Shown here: piece after piece, positions 25,786 through 39,500 of the stretch
Position numbering within the stretch: position 1 is the stretch's first letter
How the letters are laid out: each line of letters opens with the position of its first letter
NCBI GenBank assembly: GCA_043228905.1
Contig: JBHGNT010000003.1
Location: 2,356,001-2,420,000, forward strand
Direction: 5' to 3'
DNA from: Azolla caroliniana
Taxonomy: Eukaryota > Plantae > Polypodiophyta
DNA: 64,000 bases
Notes under the pieces: model-generated
What the model was told of the DNA's origin: nothing
The model's database searches: none
What the model saw: the letters and a program-made list of their open reading frames with translations, nothing else
Position numbers and translations under genes: made by a program

Positions 25786-28342
25786 TGTTGGGATTTCGGT
25801 CCCTCCAGATGGGATGTCTGGACCCGGCGAGGAAGACCCGGTGAGAACCGGATGAACGAGGCCGGCAAGCCCGGCAAGCCCGATGAGAACCAAATGAAGA
25901 ATACACGGCAAGAGCCGGATGGTTTAGGCCCGACAGGTGCCAGATGATGAAGCCCGGTGTGAACCAGATGAAGAGTACATGGTAAGAATCGAAAGGTGCA
26001 GGCCCGGCAAGAGCCGGATGATGAAGGCCCGGTGAGAACCGGAGGAGATACGTGTACCCAGCAAGAGCCAGATGGTGCAGGCCCGGCAAGTGCCAGATGA
26101 TACAGGCCGGTGAGGAGTACTCACCGGATGAAGGGACATATTTGTAAATATGTTCTTGTGAGCCGTTGAGGCTATATTTGTAAATAGTCCGAAAGTCATA
26201 TTAGTATAAATATGACTTAGGGCAAACCTTTAACATGTGTTGCTCATTTCGTGTGTTGCCATTCTTGTTGGTGCAAGAGTGAAGAGAGTAACTATGTATA
26301 GAGAGAGAGTGAGAGAAAGAGGTTGTTGCCTCTGTTGTAACCGCCGCCTGTGGCGAAGACTGAGAACAAGAGGTCGTTGCTTCTGTGTTTCTCATTGTTG
26401 TATATTGGACATAGTGATAGTTGGAGTTAGTGAACTCCCGTGGTTTTTCCCCCTCAGGGTCTTCCACATAAACATCCTATGTACTCTCCTCTCTTCCCAT
26501 TGCATAAGCGCGTAAGTGTATTACCTATTTTTCCGTGATTTGATCCTAAGCCTCGGTTGTGGCTGAGCATAGTATACGGTGCATTCGTAACAAACTGGTA
26601 TCAGAGTGACAAACACAGAAAATGGAAGGCGGCGGTAGCGGGCTCCCGGGCATGATGGTGTTTAACTTGCACAACTACGCCGACAGGAAAATAAAGATGG
26701 AAGACCTTCTCATAGTCCGAGACCTGTACGAACCGATCGACAGAGCCGAGATACCCAAGGGGGTAGTAGAGTCGGAGTGGAAGCTCCTGAATTGGAAGGT
26801 TGTGGCCACCATCCGGCAATATGTCGACGTGAGTGTCCTTCAGCACGTGGCGAATGACACAAATGCCCACGAGATGTGGCAGAAGTTGTCCGGACTCTTT
26901 GAGAGGAAGAACGCGCTAAACCGGACCTCCTTGATGAGAAAGATAGTGAACCTCAAGTACCGGGACGGCGAAAGCATGGTTGAACATGTCAGCACGTTCA
27001 TGGGGTTCGTAAATCAGCTTGCGGCGATTAAGTTCCCTCTGGAGGATGCTATGCAAGCGATAATGCTGATGTGTACCTTGCCGGAGAGCTGGGAGAACTT
27101 GGTGGTTACTCTCAGCACCTCCTGTCAAGATGAGAACTTGTCTTTACAGACGGTAAAGACAAGTATTCTAAATGAAGAAGCGCGTCAGAGAGACAAGAAC
27201 CAACCTCTGACCCGAAGGCGCCAATTACCGATTCGGAACAGGGGAGACAAAGGAACCGGAGTCCCCAGAACCGGGAAAAGTCGGGGACTTGGTCACAGTC
27301 AAGGGGAAGGCCTACGTATTTCTACTGTGGGAAGCCAGGGCACTTCCAAAAGAACTGTCGGCATTACCGGAAAGAAAAAGGAACCAACAGTACCGATTCG
27401 AAGAAGTCACCAGAGCGAAACAGTGCTTACCGGGGAGCCACGGACCGGAATGGTTCAGATCGGCGAGGGCAGGACCGGAAAGGAACGACGGCATTCGTGG
27501 CAGGTGAGGAAGAGATAATGCTCATCACCGAAGAGTGTGAGCTGAACCTTGACGGCGAAGAGACGACCTGGGTGGTCGATTCCAGAGCATCGTTCCACCT
27601 GACCCCGGAGAGGAGATACTTCTAGACTTCCTACACAGCCGGTGAGCACGACTGTGTCCGGATGGGAAATGAAGGTACATGCCGGATTGCCGGCATAGGA
27701 GATGTGTGGTTGACGACATCGACCGGATGCAAGATGCTGCTGAAGGATGTCCGACACATCCCGGAGGTTCGGTTGAACCTGATCTCGGCCGAAAGGCTAG
27801 ATGATGAAGGCTACACGGGTAACATCCGGAACGGTGTCATGAAGTTCAGCAAAGGGAGCCTGATAGTGGCTCGTGCCTAGAAGGTCAACACACTGTACCT
27901 TATGAATGCCCGGCTATGTCCGGAGGAATTGAACGTGGCATCCGACACTGCTAGTGAGCTGTGGCACAAGAGACTGTGTCACATAAGCGAGAAGTGGATG
28001 AAGAGGCTTGCCGATGACAACCTTATACTGGTGAAGCATGTGCACCTGAGAAGTGCACCGACTATCTGGCCGGTAAGCAAAACCGGACCTCCTTCTGTTC
28101 AAGGCCACTTATGAGACGTAATGCACCACTGGAGTTGGTGCATACTGATGTGTGTTAGGTAGATGCGAAGTCACATGGGGGAACCCAGTACTTCGTAACA
28201 TTCATAGGTGACCACAGCCGAAAGTTGTGGACCGCATCGCTGAAGACGAAGGATCAGGTGTTGTCCGTCTTCAAGGAACTCCACGTGAGAGTGGAAAGAG
28301 AAACCGGCCGGAAGCTGAAAGCGATTTGAGCAGATAATGGAG
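25786..28342 (+). mobile_element. Copia element B: 5' LTR 25786-26592, tRNA-iMet PBS 26596-26606, gag-protease-partial integrase
   Basis: TGTTGG...TAACA, then AAC and TGGTATCAGAG. Gag starts at 26622, with knuckle CFYCGKPGHFQKNC and protease WVVDSRASFH. Frameshifts and stops are present. Confidence 0.93.
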
Positions 28343-31300
28343 TGTTGGGATTTCGGTCCCTCCGGATGGGATGTCCGGACCCGGCGAGGAAGACCCGGTG
28401 AGAACCGGATGAACGAGGCCGACAAGGACCGGATGACGAAGACCCGGTGAGAACCGGATGAGGAGTACCCGGCAAGGACCGGAAGGTGTAGGCCCGGCAA
28501 GAGCCGGATGGTCTAGGCCCGGTAGGCGTCGGATGATGAAGCCTGGTGAGAACCGGATGAAGAGTACCTGGCAAGAGCCGGATGAGGAGTACTCGGCAAG
28601 GATCGGAAGGTGCAGGCCCGGCAAGTGCCAGATGATACGAGCCCGGTGAGGAGTACTCACCGGATGAAGGGACATATTTATAAATATGTTCCTGAGAGCC
28701 GTTGAGGCTATATTTGTAAATAGTCTGAAAGTCATATTAGTATAAATGTGACCTAGGGCAAACTTTTAGTTGTTGCTTATATTGATGCGAGATCATTATC
28801 GTTGTGGTGATAATAGAGCGTAATAGTGTACAGAGAGAGAGAGAGCGAGAGAAAGAGATTGTTGCCTCTGTTGTAACCGCTTGTGGGCGAAGCGAGGGAG
28901 CAAGAGGTCGTTGCCTCTGTGCCCCATTGTTTGTAATATTGTCATAGTGATAGTTTGCAGTCTGTGGACTGCCGTGGTTTTTCCCTCTTTGGGTTTTCCA
29001 CGTTACCGAATCAGAGCATGGAAGAGAACGGAACCAGAGTCCCCAGAACCGGGAGAAATCGGGGACACGGTCACAGTCAAGGGGAAGGCCTACATGTTTC
29101 TATTGTGGGAAGCCGGGGCACTTCCAAAAGAACTCTCGGCATTTCCGGAAAGACAACAAAACCGACGGTACCGATTCGAAGAAGTCACCGGAACGAAACG
29201 GTGGTTACCGGGGAGCCACGAACCGACGAGGGCAGGACCGGAAAGGAACGATGGCACTCGCGGCAAGTGAAGAGGAGATAATGCTCATTACCGAAGAGAG
29301 GGAGCTGAACCTTGCCGGCGCAGAGATGACCTGGGTGGTCGATTCCAGAGCGTCGTTTCACCTGACCCTAGAGAGGAGATTCTTCTCATCCTACACAGCC
29401 GGTGAGCATGGCTGTGTCCGGATGGGAAATTAGGGTACATGCCAGATTGTCGGCATCGGAGATGTGTGGCTGATGACATCGAACGGATGCAAGATGCTGC
29501 TAAAAGATGTCTGACACGTTCCGGAGGTTCGATTGAACCTGATATCGGCCGGGAGGCTCGATGATGAAGGCTACACAGGTAACATCCGAAATGGTGTCAT
29601 GAAGTTCAGCAAGGGGAGCCTGATAGTGGCTCGTGCCCGGAAGGCCAACACTCTGTACCTTATGAATGCCCGGTTACGTCCGGAAGAAGTGAACGTAGCA
29701 TCCGACACTGCCGGTGAGCTGTGTCACATGAGTGAGAAGGGGATGAAGAGGCTTGCCAATGACAACCTCATTCCGGTGAAACATGCACACTTAGAGAAGT
29801 GTACCGACTGTCTGGCCGGTATGCAAAACTGGACCTCCTTCCGTTCAAGGCCACTGATGAGACGTAGTGCACCACTAGAGTTGCTCCATACCGATGTGTG
29901 TCAAGTAGACACAAAGTCACATGGCGGAGCCCAGTACTTCGTGATGTTCATAGATGACCACAGCCGGAAGCTGTGGACTACACCGTTGAAGATGAAGGAT
30001 TAGGTGTTGTCTGTCTTCAAAGAGCTTCACGTGAGAGTGGAAAGAGAAACTGGCACGAAGCTGAAAGCAGTTCGAGCAGATAACGGAGGAGAATACCGAG
30101 GGCAGTTCGAGGAGTATTGCCGCTCGAAGGGAATCTGGCTCGAGTTTACAGTGCCGAAGACGCCAGAACTAAACGAGCTGGCTGAGAGAATGAACCGAAC
30201 CATAATGGAGAGGGTCCGGAGTATGCTGGCGCATGCAAAATTACCAAGGGCATTTTGGGCTTAGGCAATGTCGACGGCGACATATGTGATAAACAGATCA
30301 CCCTCAGTACCCTTGGACAGAGACACGCCGCAGAGAGTGTGGACCGGTAAGGAAGTGTCCTACCGGCATCTGAAGGTGTTCGGGTGTCTCGCGGACGTGC
30401 ATGTGGGTAAGGACTGGAGAGGAAAGTTTGATCCAAAGACCCGGTCATGCATATTCCTCGGCTATGATGACGATGAGTTCGGTTACCGAGTGTGGGACCC
30501 GGTCGACAAGAAGATATTCTGGAGTCGAGATATTATCTTCATGGAGGACAAGACGCTCGCCGACTGGGAATCGGAGAAGAAGATAATGAACTCCGAGTCG
30601 ACCGGTAAGCATTGATTCTATGAGGAGCAGTCCCAACCGGCAAGAAACTGGTTAGCACTCGATGAACCGGCCGATGACGGTGAGAACACAAAACCGGTCG
30701 AAGAAGAAGAAGATGATACTGGAACCGACCCCGACCCCGAAATGGATTCGGACGAAGAGCTGATGCAGGAGCCAGTTACCGAAGCTCGAGAATGGAGATA
30801 TCCTCTCAAAGAGAGAAGGCCCCCCCGGAGATTTCCGGAACTAGAGCACGTACTGCTTACCAATGAGGGGGAGCCGGAGAGCTTCGAAGAAGATAAGGAA
30901 GACACCCATAGCCGCAAGTGGTTGAGTGCCATGCAGGATGAGATGGATTCCCTGCATGAGAACCACATGTATGAACTTGTGGAGTTGCCGAAATGAAAGC
31001 GGGCACTCCGAAACAAGTGGGTGTTCAAGTTGAAACCGGGAAATGCCGGTAACCCCCCGAGATACAAAGCCAGGATCGTGGTGAAGGGATTCCAGCAGAA
31101 GAAGGACGTCGACTTCAACGAGATATTTGCCCTGGTAGTAAAGATGACTTCCATCCGCACAGTGCTGAGTATAGTGGCAAGCATGGACCTCGAGGTAGAG
31201 CAGCTGGACGTGAAGACGGCATTCCTTCACGGCGACCTCGAAGAGGAAATCTACATGTAGCAACCGGAAGGATTTGTGAAGAAAGGGAAGGAGAACCTGG

Positions 31301-31672
31301 TCTACCGGTTGAAGAAGAGCCTCTACAGTTTGAAGCAGTCACCCCGGCAATGGTACTGGAAGTTCGACTCCTTCATGACCGACCAAGGATACCACAAAAC
31401 GCAGGTTGATCACTGCGTGTTTGTGAAGAAGTTTGAAGGAGGCGACTTCCTGATACTCCTTCTGTACGTGGACGACATGTTGATCGTCGGACGAGACCAA
31501 GCAAAGATACGGATGCTAAAGAAGGCTCTGAACTAAACCTTCTCAATGAAATACTTGGGTCCGGCGAGACAAATATTGGGGATGCATATCATTCGGGACC
31601 GTAAGAAGAAATAGTTGTGGCTGTCACAGGAAAAGTACGTGACAAAGGTGCTTCAACGGTTCAACATGTCGA
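28343..31672 (+). mobile_element. Copia element C: partial LTR (28343 to ~29003), deletion of PBS and most of gag, then protease-integrase-RT truncated inside RT
   Basis: Third TGTTGGGATTTCGGTCCCTCC start. At ~29003 the sequence jumps to a region homologous to 27225 onward. YVDDML at ~31465. Ends at TTCAACATGTCG against a DUF247 copy. Confidence 0.92.
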
Positions 31673-32847
31673 TCCGAGACAGTGATGCACATGTTGTTCC
31701 ACATATTGAGCAGCTTCTCATCGCTTCCCAAGTGATTCTCGATCACCTCTACTTTCGTCAAGATGGCCACATCTTCCGGTGTGTCGATGAGCGAGTCCAT
31801 GATGACTGCATACTTAGTGAAATCGCCTTCTTGTCTGGAGATCTGTTCATGCGCAATCAGGTTCCGCAGCACATCCTCTGTCTTCTCATACACCACAAGC
31901 CGTGGAAGATCGAACCCAAGGCTTCTGTTGTCATAGAGCATCACTGATATGGAACCTTCAATCGCCTGGAACCAGACGCCGGCTTTAGACAACTGTGACG
32001 CTGATGGCAGGCGCTCACGCATTTTGGCTCGATTCTTGGCTTGTTTTGGCCACAAATTATTCCATGGTATTGGAAAGCTACATGGATTTCTGTCTTGTCT
32101 CTTATTCTCTTCTGACCGTTCTCTGACGACCCAAACATATAAGCAATCAAGTAGATGATTGCAATTGACAAAGTTTGGAGTTTCAAAAATCTCGTCCCAA
32201 TCATGCCTGATAGTGAATGGATCAACATAAGTAAAGAGCTCAACCAATGCTTCCTGGAGTTTCTCCTTTTCTAAGTTGGATTTCTTCGGAAACTTTTCAA
32301 TCAGCTTAGTTAGAAATGACATGGGAATTTGGTTGCCCATCAAGAACAAGTCCTTCCACACTTGCTTGATTGCGATGCCATTATTGTAGATTGTGTTGAA
32401 GAAGAAGTCGTGGTCTTCGGATTCCCACTCATTCCTCAGAAACATCAACAATTCATTAAGGAAGATGGTATCGACAGTGACCATAAGTTTGAGGGTTTCA
32501 TGGCTATAATTGGGAAGGCTTGAATAATACGTGTTAAGTTTACAAGGATCATCGTAGATGCATTGCATGAGCTGTTCTACATTTGATATGCCATGTCTTC
32601 CAATGAATCTCTTCACACATAGTGCCTTACAATCATAAAGAGAAGGGCTACCAGTAAGCATTTCATACAATGGGCCAATGGTCAGGATCTGAGGGAAAAA
32701 TGATTGTGCCTTGACATCCACTAATGCTTTTGGTGGCTTCGAAATCTTCCGACTTTCGTCCTCCGCAATTGTATCATCCTTATTGATCCTTATCGTCAGG
32801 TAATCTCTTCATTCCTCTTCTTTAGTAGAGGATTGAGATTGACTCAT
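31672..32847 (-). pseudogene. DUF247 pseudogene: early TGA and C-terminus lost at the Copia junction
   Basis: ATG 32847 MSQSQSSTKEEE* has a conserved Trp changed to TGA at 32809-32811. The core is otherwise open to MWNNMCITVSDR, and there is no transmembrane helix. Confidence 0.9.
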
Positions 32848-33184
32848 TTGAGGTGTAAGGTTGATTTCCTTGTTGATATTCTCTTAAACTTCTTCTTCGG
32901 AAGGCACAATTCCTTCTTGTAGAAGTTATGTACCAGAACTACTCTTTTCTTTCGTGAGATAAGAATGGAGAGAAAAATGAAAGAGAGAGAGGGAGATTAG
33001 AATGACAGAATCATATGTACAACCATGCCATTTCATACATAGCAAAGTCAATTCCTTATTGTAAACGTTTTGAATACGAAACGATATGAGAAAAAGTAGA
33101 TGAATTGAATCCTTACTTTATAACATTATGACTGTGCGAATTTTGTAAGATTGTCGAATCCTCACTTTATAGCATTATGTTGGT

Positions 33185-35020
33185 GTTGTTTCCTCCAATG
33201 CATATTCAAGTTTTCTAATGGCGAAAAACTTAGTAACAGTGGTTTGTACATAAAATTAATTATAATTCTGTGATATTACCAAAATGTAAAATGAGAAAGA
33301 GAGGACTTCTATAATACGAAAGGATTTGAGAAAACGTAAATGAATTGAATGCTCACTTTATAGCATTATGACAGTGGGAATTTTGTAAGGTTGTCGAATT
33401 CTGTTTTGTTGGCGTCGTGCTACCAATATCATATTCCTAACTTGAGCAATTGTAGTATCAGAGTGTGCAGAGCAAGAATGGTCATAGAAAGACAATACTC
33501 CCTCCCATAAAAGGTAATGGATCACACCCAAACTAGCTATGGATGTACCTTAATAAGCTCATCTTTCTTGGGAAAGAAGAAAACAACATTGAAATTTACA
33601 TGAGAATCATGGTGAACAATGGGTTAGAACAATGAGAAGTTACCAACCATGGTGTATGAACATGGAAATCATACTTGAACAATATAATTTGTTAACGATT
33701 TTGGATGGAACAATCGTATATCCCAACATTGATAACACCACAAATGCACTTGAGGTGCAAATATTGACGTGACATGATTTAAATCCTTGCTTGGCTCCAT
33801 CTTCATATGGAGGACACAGTTAAGCAAAGTGTAGGAACCTTGACCGTATATCCCAACATTGATAACACCACAAATGCACTTGATGTGCAAACGTTGACAT
33901 GACATGATTTAAATGCTTGCTTGGCTCCATCTTCATATGAAGGACACACTTAAGCAAAGTGTAGGAATCTTGACTACTCAAAACAAATATGGGATAGATT
34001 AGAGACTAATTAACTCCAATGCCCATGTTATGTCCCAAGTTGCTAATTTTAAAACTTTAATAAACATGACCATGAATGAAAATGGTGACCTTGACATGTT
34101 TGTAAAAAATTGGTGGCTTCGCCATTTAAAGATGTGATTTTCTCAAGACTTAGTTTGCCAAATCCCATCCATTCGTCATGCCACACCACATACATCATTT
34201 AGACACATCCAAACTATGCCACCGTACTATGGAAATATTGATTAGGTCACCAAAACCATCAAACACCATTGGTTCATTCTTTCCAAGAGTTCTAGTATAA
34301 TTTAGGAATTCCTAAATATATATTCTTAGGTCAAATAAAATGTTAAAATCAAGGAGTACATATCCAACACCTTAGAAAATCCTAAATGCATTCTAACATT
34401 ACATTATGTATATCTTACACAAAAGATGATTATTGTTGTATGTCATCCATATATTTTAATTATCCAAAGAGAGTCCTTGCAATTACATATCTATATGTAC
34501 ATATAATGTATGTGTGAGCCATCGCTGTCAACAAATATACATTCTTGTTCATATCAAAAGAACATAAATACAAATTATAAATTTATGTGGGTATAATGTA
34601 TTTGGTTTTCGCTCATAGGCTTCTTTTTACGTTGTCAACTTCCATTTCTTCAATATTTTGCCCTCAAATTCATGTTCCTACTATGATATCAAGTGTTTGT
34701 TGAAAAAAAAATTAAAAGCATAGTTTCCATGACCAATCCAATAAACGTATACAAAACATATAATGATACCATCTACTAGAGGGTAAGATAAGAGAGAAAG
34801 GGTATATCCCCCACTATGTCATGATTGAAACCAAATTCCACCTCAGGAGGAAACTATGAGATCAAGTGATATGCCCCAAAATAACTTGAATGAATGAATA
34901 ATGGTGATTTTGACTGTTAGCATGATAAAGGCTTTTCTTCAAACTCGCGAATGTTACCTCATCCTCATCATCAATGGTGACAAACGAAATGAACAAATTG
35001 ACCCTAGATTGTTCCTACCA
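33185..35020. repeat. Upstream block duplicated at ~62055-63725, with an internal ~130-bp tandem repeat at 33716-33975
   Basis: Long near-identical collinear sequence, for example TTTCCTCCAATGCATATTCAAGTTTTCTAATGGCG at 33190 and 62057 through TAGATTGTTCCTAC at both right ends. Confidence 0.9.
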
Positions 35021-35399
35021 TCGAACGTAATATTCGTGTTCGTGCAAGCATTCAAACATTTAAAAACGAACACGTCTTAAAAGGGAAAAATACATGCTCC
35101 TTTTTTTCCCCCTTTTTTTCATTTGTTTTGATCAAAAATTTAGCTCATAATTATAGACCATAGCTAATCCAATCAAACAAGTCAATCCAATCCAACATTG
35201 AGTTGATTTACCATGCACGTTTGATTGAAACATTCGCGAATGCGAATGCACTTATGTTACGTATGGTTCATTCTATGGTTCCCACTAAGGCCAATTTGTT
35301 TATCGTCTAAAAAGTAAAAATGATTTGTAAACTAACCAATAAAGACAAATACAACTCTTTCTTGTGTGTATCAATCATGAGCATCCAGCTTTCTTTCAA

Positions 35400-36512
35400 G
35401 AGATAAGAATGGAAAGAAAAATGAAAGAGAGAGAGGGAGATTAGAATGCCAGAATCATATGTACGGAGAGAGATAAAGAGATCACAACCATGCCATTTTA
35501 TACGTAGTAAAGTCAATTCCTTATTGTAAACGTTTTGAATACAAAAGAATTTGAGAAAAAGTGGATGAATTGAATCCTCACTTTATAGCATTATGACTGT
35601 GGGAATTTTGTAAAGTTGTCGAATTGTCTTCTGTTTGGTGTCGTTTCCTCCAATGCATATTCAAATTTTCTAATCGCGAAAAACTTAGTAACAGTGGTTT
35701 GTACATAAAATTAATTATAATTGTGTAATTTTACCAAAATGTAAAATGAGAAAGAGAGGACTTCTATTGTACAAAAGGGTTTGAAAAAAAGTAGATGAAT
35801 TGAATCCTCACTTTATAGCATTATGACTGTGGGAATTTTGTAAGATTGTCGAATTGTCTTCTGTTGGTGTCGTTTCCTCCAATGAATATTCAAGTTTTCT
35901 AATGGCGAAAAACTTAGTAACAGTGGTTTGTACATAAAATTAATTATAATTGTGTGATTTTACCAAAATGTAAAATGAGAAAGTTTGAGAGAAAGTAGAT
36001 GAATTGAATCCTCACTTTATAGCATTATGACCGTGGGAATTTTGTAAGGTTGTCGAATTGTGTTGTGTTGGCGTCATGCTAGCAATATCATATTCCTAAC
36101 TTGAGCACTTGTAGTATCAAAGTGTGGAGAGTAAGAATGGTCATAGAAAGAAAATACTTTGTCCCATAAAAGGTAATGGATCCCACCCAAACTAGCTATG
36201 GATGTACCTTAATAAGCTCATGTTTCTGAAATTTACATGAGAATCATGGTGAACAATGGGTTAGAACTGAATGATGAGAAGTTACCAACCATGGTGTATG
36301 AACATGGAAATCATACTTGAACAATATAATTTGTTAACGGTTTTGGATGGAACTGTCATATATCCCAACATTGATAACACCATAAATGCACTGATGTGCA
36401 AACATTGACGTGACATGATTTAAATACTTGCTTGGCTCCATCTTCATATGGAGGACATAGTTAAGCAAAGTGTAGGAAGCTTGACTACTCTAAACAAATA
36501 TGGGATAGATTA
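35400..36512 (-). repeat. Gene-less duplicate of the DUF247 5' flank (32957 to ~33990), including a ~230-bp unit repeated in tandem
   Basis: GAGATAAGAATGGA.AGAAAAATGAAAGAGAGAGAGGGAGATTAGAATG occurs at 32957 and 35400. GATGAATTGAATCCTCACTTTATAGCATTATGAC recurs at ~35564, 35794 and 35998. Confidence 0.85.
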
Positions 36513-39500
36513 GGTTTTGGCAACAAAGAGACTTGCTAATTATTAGACAATCTTTCCCATAGGAGTTCTGAAGAGGAGCTGGCGTGGCTACACAATCAGC
36601 AGGAGGAGCTCGTCGTCGAGAGGCTGCACATACAACAGCTTGAAGGGATGGCGGTGAAGAGAGCAGTGATGGCAGCTGAGGGTGCATCAAACAGCGTTGC
36701 AGAACGATTGGAGGCTGAACGAACAGCAACTCGAAACCCTCTTGCTGTCAAGATTCGAACTCTTGACACGACATAGTTATAATCTAGTATTATGAGTTAA
36801 CCAAGATATCTAGTACATAGTTATGTATGTAATTGTTCCTTATTATTTTGCTAGCATCATGTGCATAGTTGCTCCCTTGTAGTATTTACACTTGGCACAT
36901 GCATGCATACCTACATGCTCTATTGTAGATTCACATGCGTGCAAACAAGTATGCATGCCATGTAGTATAAATAGAGGAGTTCACCTTGAAGGAATTCAAG
37001 GTGAACAACACCAGTTATGGAGTCTTTCCTTTAATACTATCTTCTTTCTTGTCCATTTGGTTATCTTCTTACTTGGCTCTTGAGCTTATGATCTGTGACA
37101 CTTGCGAACAACGGGACGCAGGTATGGGACAATCAAACCTCTAATGCTTATGATAATGATCTGGAACAGGGGGTAGAGGGGTTGACTAAGCTAGGTGATA
37201 AAGTAATGCAAGTTATGGGAGCCTTTGCTCTCTCCTCGGAAGAAGAATGCATCATGGAGATTGAAATAGTCAGACTTATACAGGAATCATTTGTGGTGGA
37301 AGTGGTGGGTAGTCGACCAAATCGCCCGTTGTTGCGTGATTGGTTGCAAAGTTGCTTGCAAGAAAACCTTGGAAGAATGAAGGATATCACATTTATTGGA
37401 AAGGGGTTTTGCCATGTTACTGTGATGCCTGAAACGAATATAGACAAAATTATCGAGAGCAGTCATTTGACATGGCACAATGCAAGAGCATATGTATTCA
37501 AATGAGATGTAGACTTCGACATGGGTAAAGCAAATGCTATTATAGGAAATCCAACAGTAATAACGGCCTTTTTCCCTGGTTTACAAAAACAATGGGAGTC
37601 CTTTCTCCCAACCATTGGGAAAAGTATGGGAGGGCAATGTTTGGAAAAAACATTTGCAGAGAGAGTAAGCGAAACGCCAAGGGTGAAATTAATTGTCTCT
37701 GATGTAAAGGCCTTACCACAATCAATGGTGCTAGGCAGCAAACTAATGCCTGACCATGTACAGCCAGTGGAATATGCCGGACTCCCAGGGCAATGCTTTG
37801 TATGTAGATAAATGGGGCATATGGGCCAAGAACGCCCTAGAGGTAAGGAGAACATGCATCGTAGAAATGGGAAGCATGGATGGAAAAGCCCAACAACACA
37901 ACAGAAAAATATGATAACAAACCATGCAATGTGGATGAATGAAGAGGGATGGAAGTATATGAACAATAAAGGAAAACAAGAAATTAGGCTCGGACAAGAA
38001 TGGCTTCCACTTAGCAATAAATATGAACTCTTAACATTAGAGGACAATGAAAACATAGCTAAAGACAAGGAAGCAAGATCAAAGTCACATTCCGAGAGCA
38101 ACTTTGTGAATGTTATTAATGATATGCAAACGTTGCAGCACGAAGACAATGTGTTAGTGTCTGAATCTAATCAGATGCATCCGGAATGTATGGATGAGGT
38201 AGGGGAAATAAGTAGTCGAAAGGATGTAAGCCCCTTGAAAGGGAAAGATAAGTTGCTAGTGACAACCCAACATATTAAAGGAATAACAAAAATGAAAAGG
38301 CACATGTGTGCTAGTGAAGAGAAAGAGAATGGGATGGAGAAAAATAAAGGTATGCGTAAATGGTCAAGAGTGAAATGGAATCCTCAATACAAAGTGACCC
38401 CCCTATCGAATATTGGGCAACAAATCAAACTGAAAGTGACAGGCAAAAAGTGGTTCAAGGAAATGTGTGGAGCTGAGATTAAGAAGGACAGCATGTGTAG
38501 AATCAATATCTATAGTAATTGTGAGGACGAAGGTCAGATCGTTGGATTGTCCTATATGCTTGTCGCGGGAAATAAGGAGCCCCAGAACAGAGAAGAAGCA
38601 CTCGGCTGGTTGGAACAACAAATGGGTGCTCATGTAGATGCAACATATGGTACCGCAATAAGTGTGAAAATGAAAAGACAATGGAAAGATGCCATGATTT
38701 GGAGCTCGGGCAAGGCGAATGAGCAAGGCATATGCTATATAAATGTGAAATTTAGGAAGCTGCCGTGAATGATCACAGAATTTATGGTATATCACCTTGA
38801 AATTGTGACACTAGAAGAGGATAATCTCCAAGATATGATCTTAGCAAACCTAGTGGAAGCTGAAAATGCATTGGTTGGGCCACTAAAGAGGCACAGTATA
38901 TGCTGAAATGAATCTTAGCTTGATAACATGGAATATACAAGAAATTGGTGGCAGCCAATTCCACAAGAGGAAGAACGTATGAGCTACTGAAATTCAACGA
39001 TGCACTGAGGCAATAGTGCCTGATGTTATCATGGTGCAAGAGCATCATCTAGATGGGGATAAGATCGACAAAATTGGAAACATTTGCCCTGAGAGTTGGA
39101 CCAATACATGGTCGGCAGCTACGGGGGACAGACAAATTCATGGGGGAGTACTCATAGCAATGAAAACTAAGTACAATGCATCATTCACAGGCAGAGGATG
39201 TTTAGTAGAGGGTCGGGCTGTCTATATAAGGATAAAACATAGATATGGGCACTTGGGCATATTGAACATATATGCCCCAAATTCTGCTATTCAAAGAAAG
39301 GAATTCTGGTTGCAACTAGTAGACAAGAAACCGGATGCAGATCTGTGGATCATTGGAGGAGATTTTAATATGGTGGTGCACCAAGAAGATAGAAGCGGAA
39401 ATGCAAATGGCACAATGCAAGGGGTGGAAAAAGATACATGGGATAAGTTTTGTTTAGCATATAATGTGATAGACTGTTGGAATGCATCTAACTTTCAGAT

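Noticed and set aside
25015-28700. CCGG-rich short repeats as a CRISPR-like array
   Set aside because: Irregular units with no unique spacers, located inside LTR U3 regions of a eukaryotic retrotransposon.
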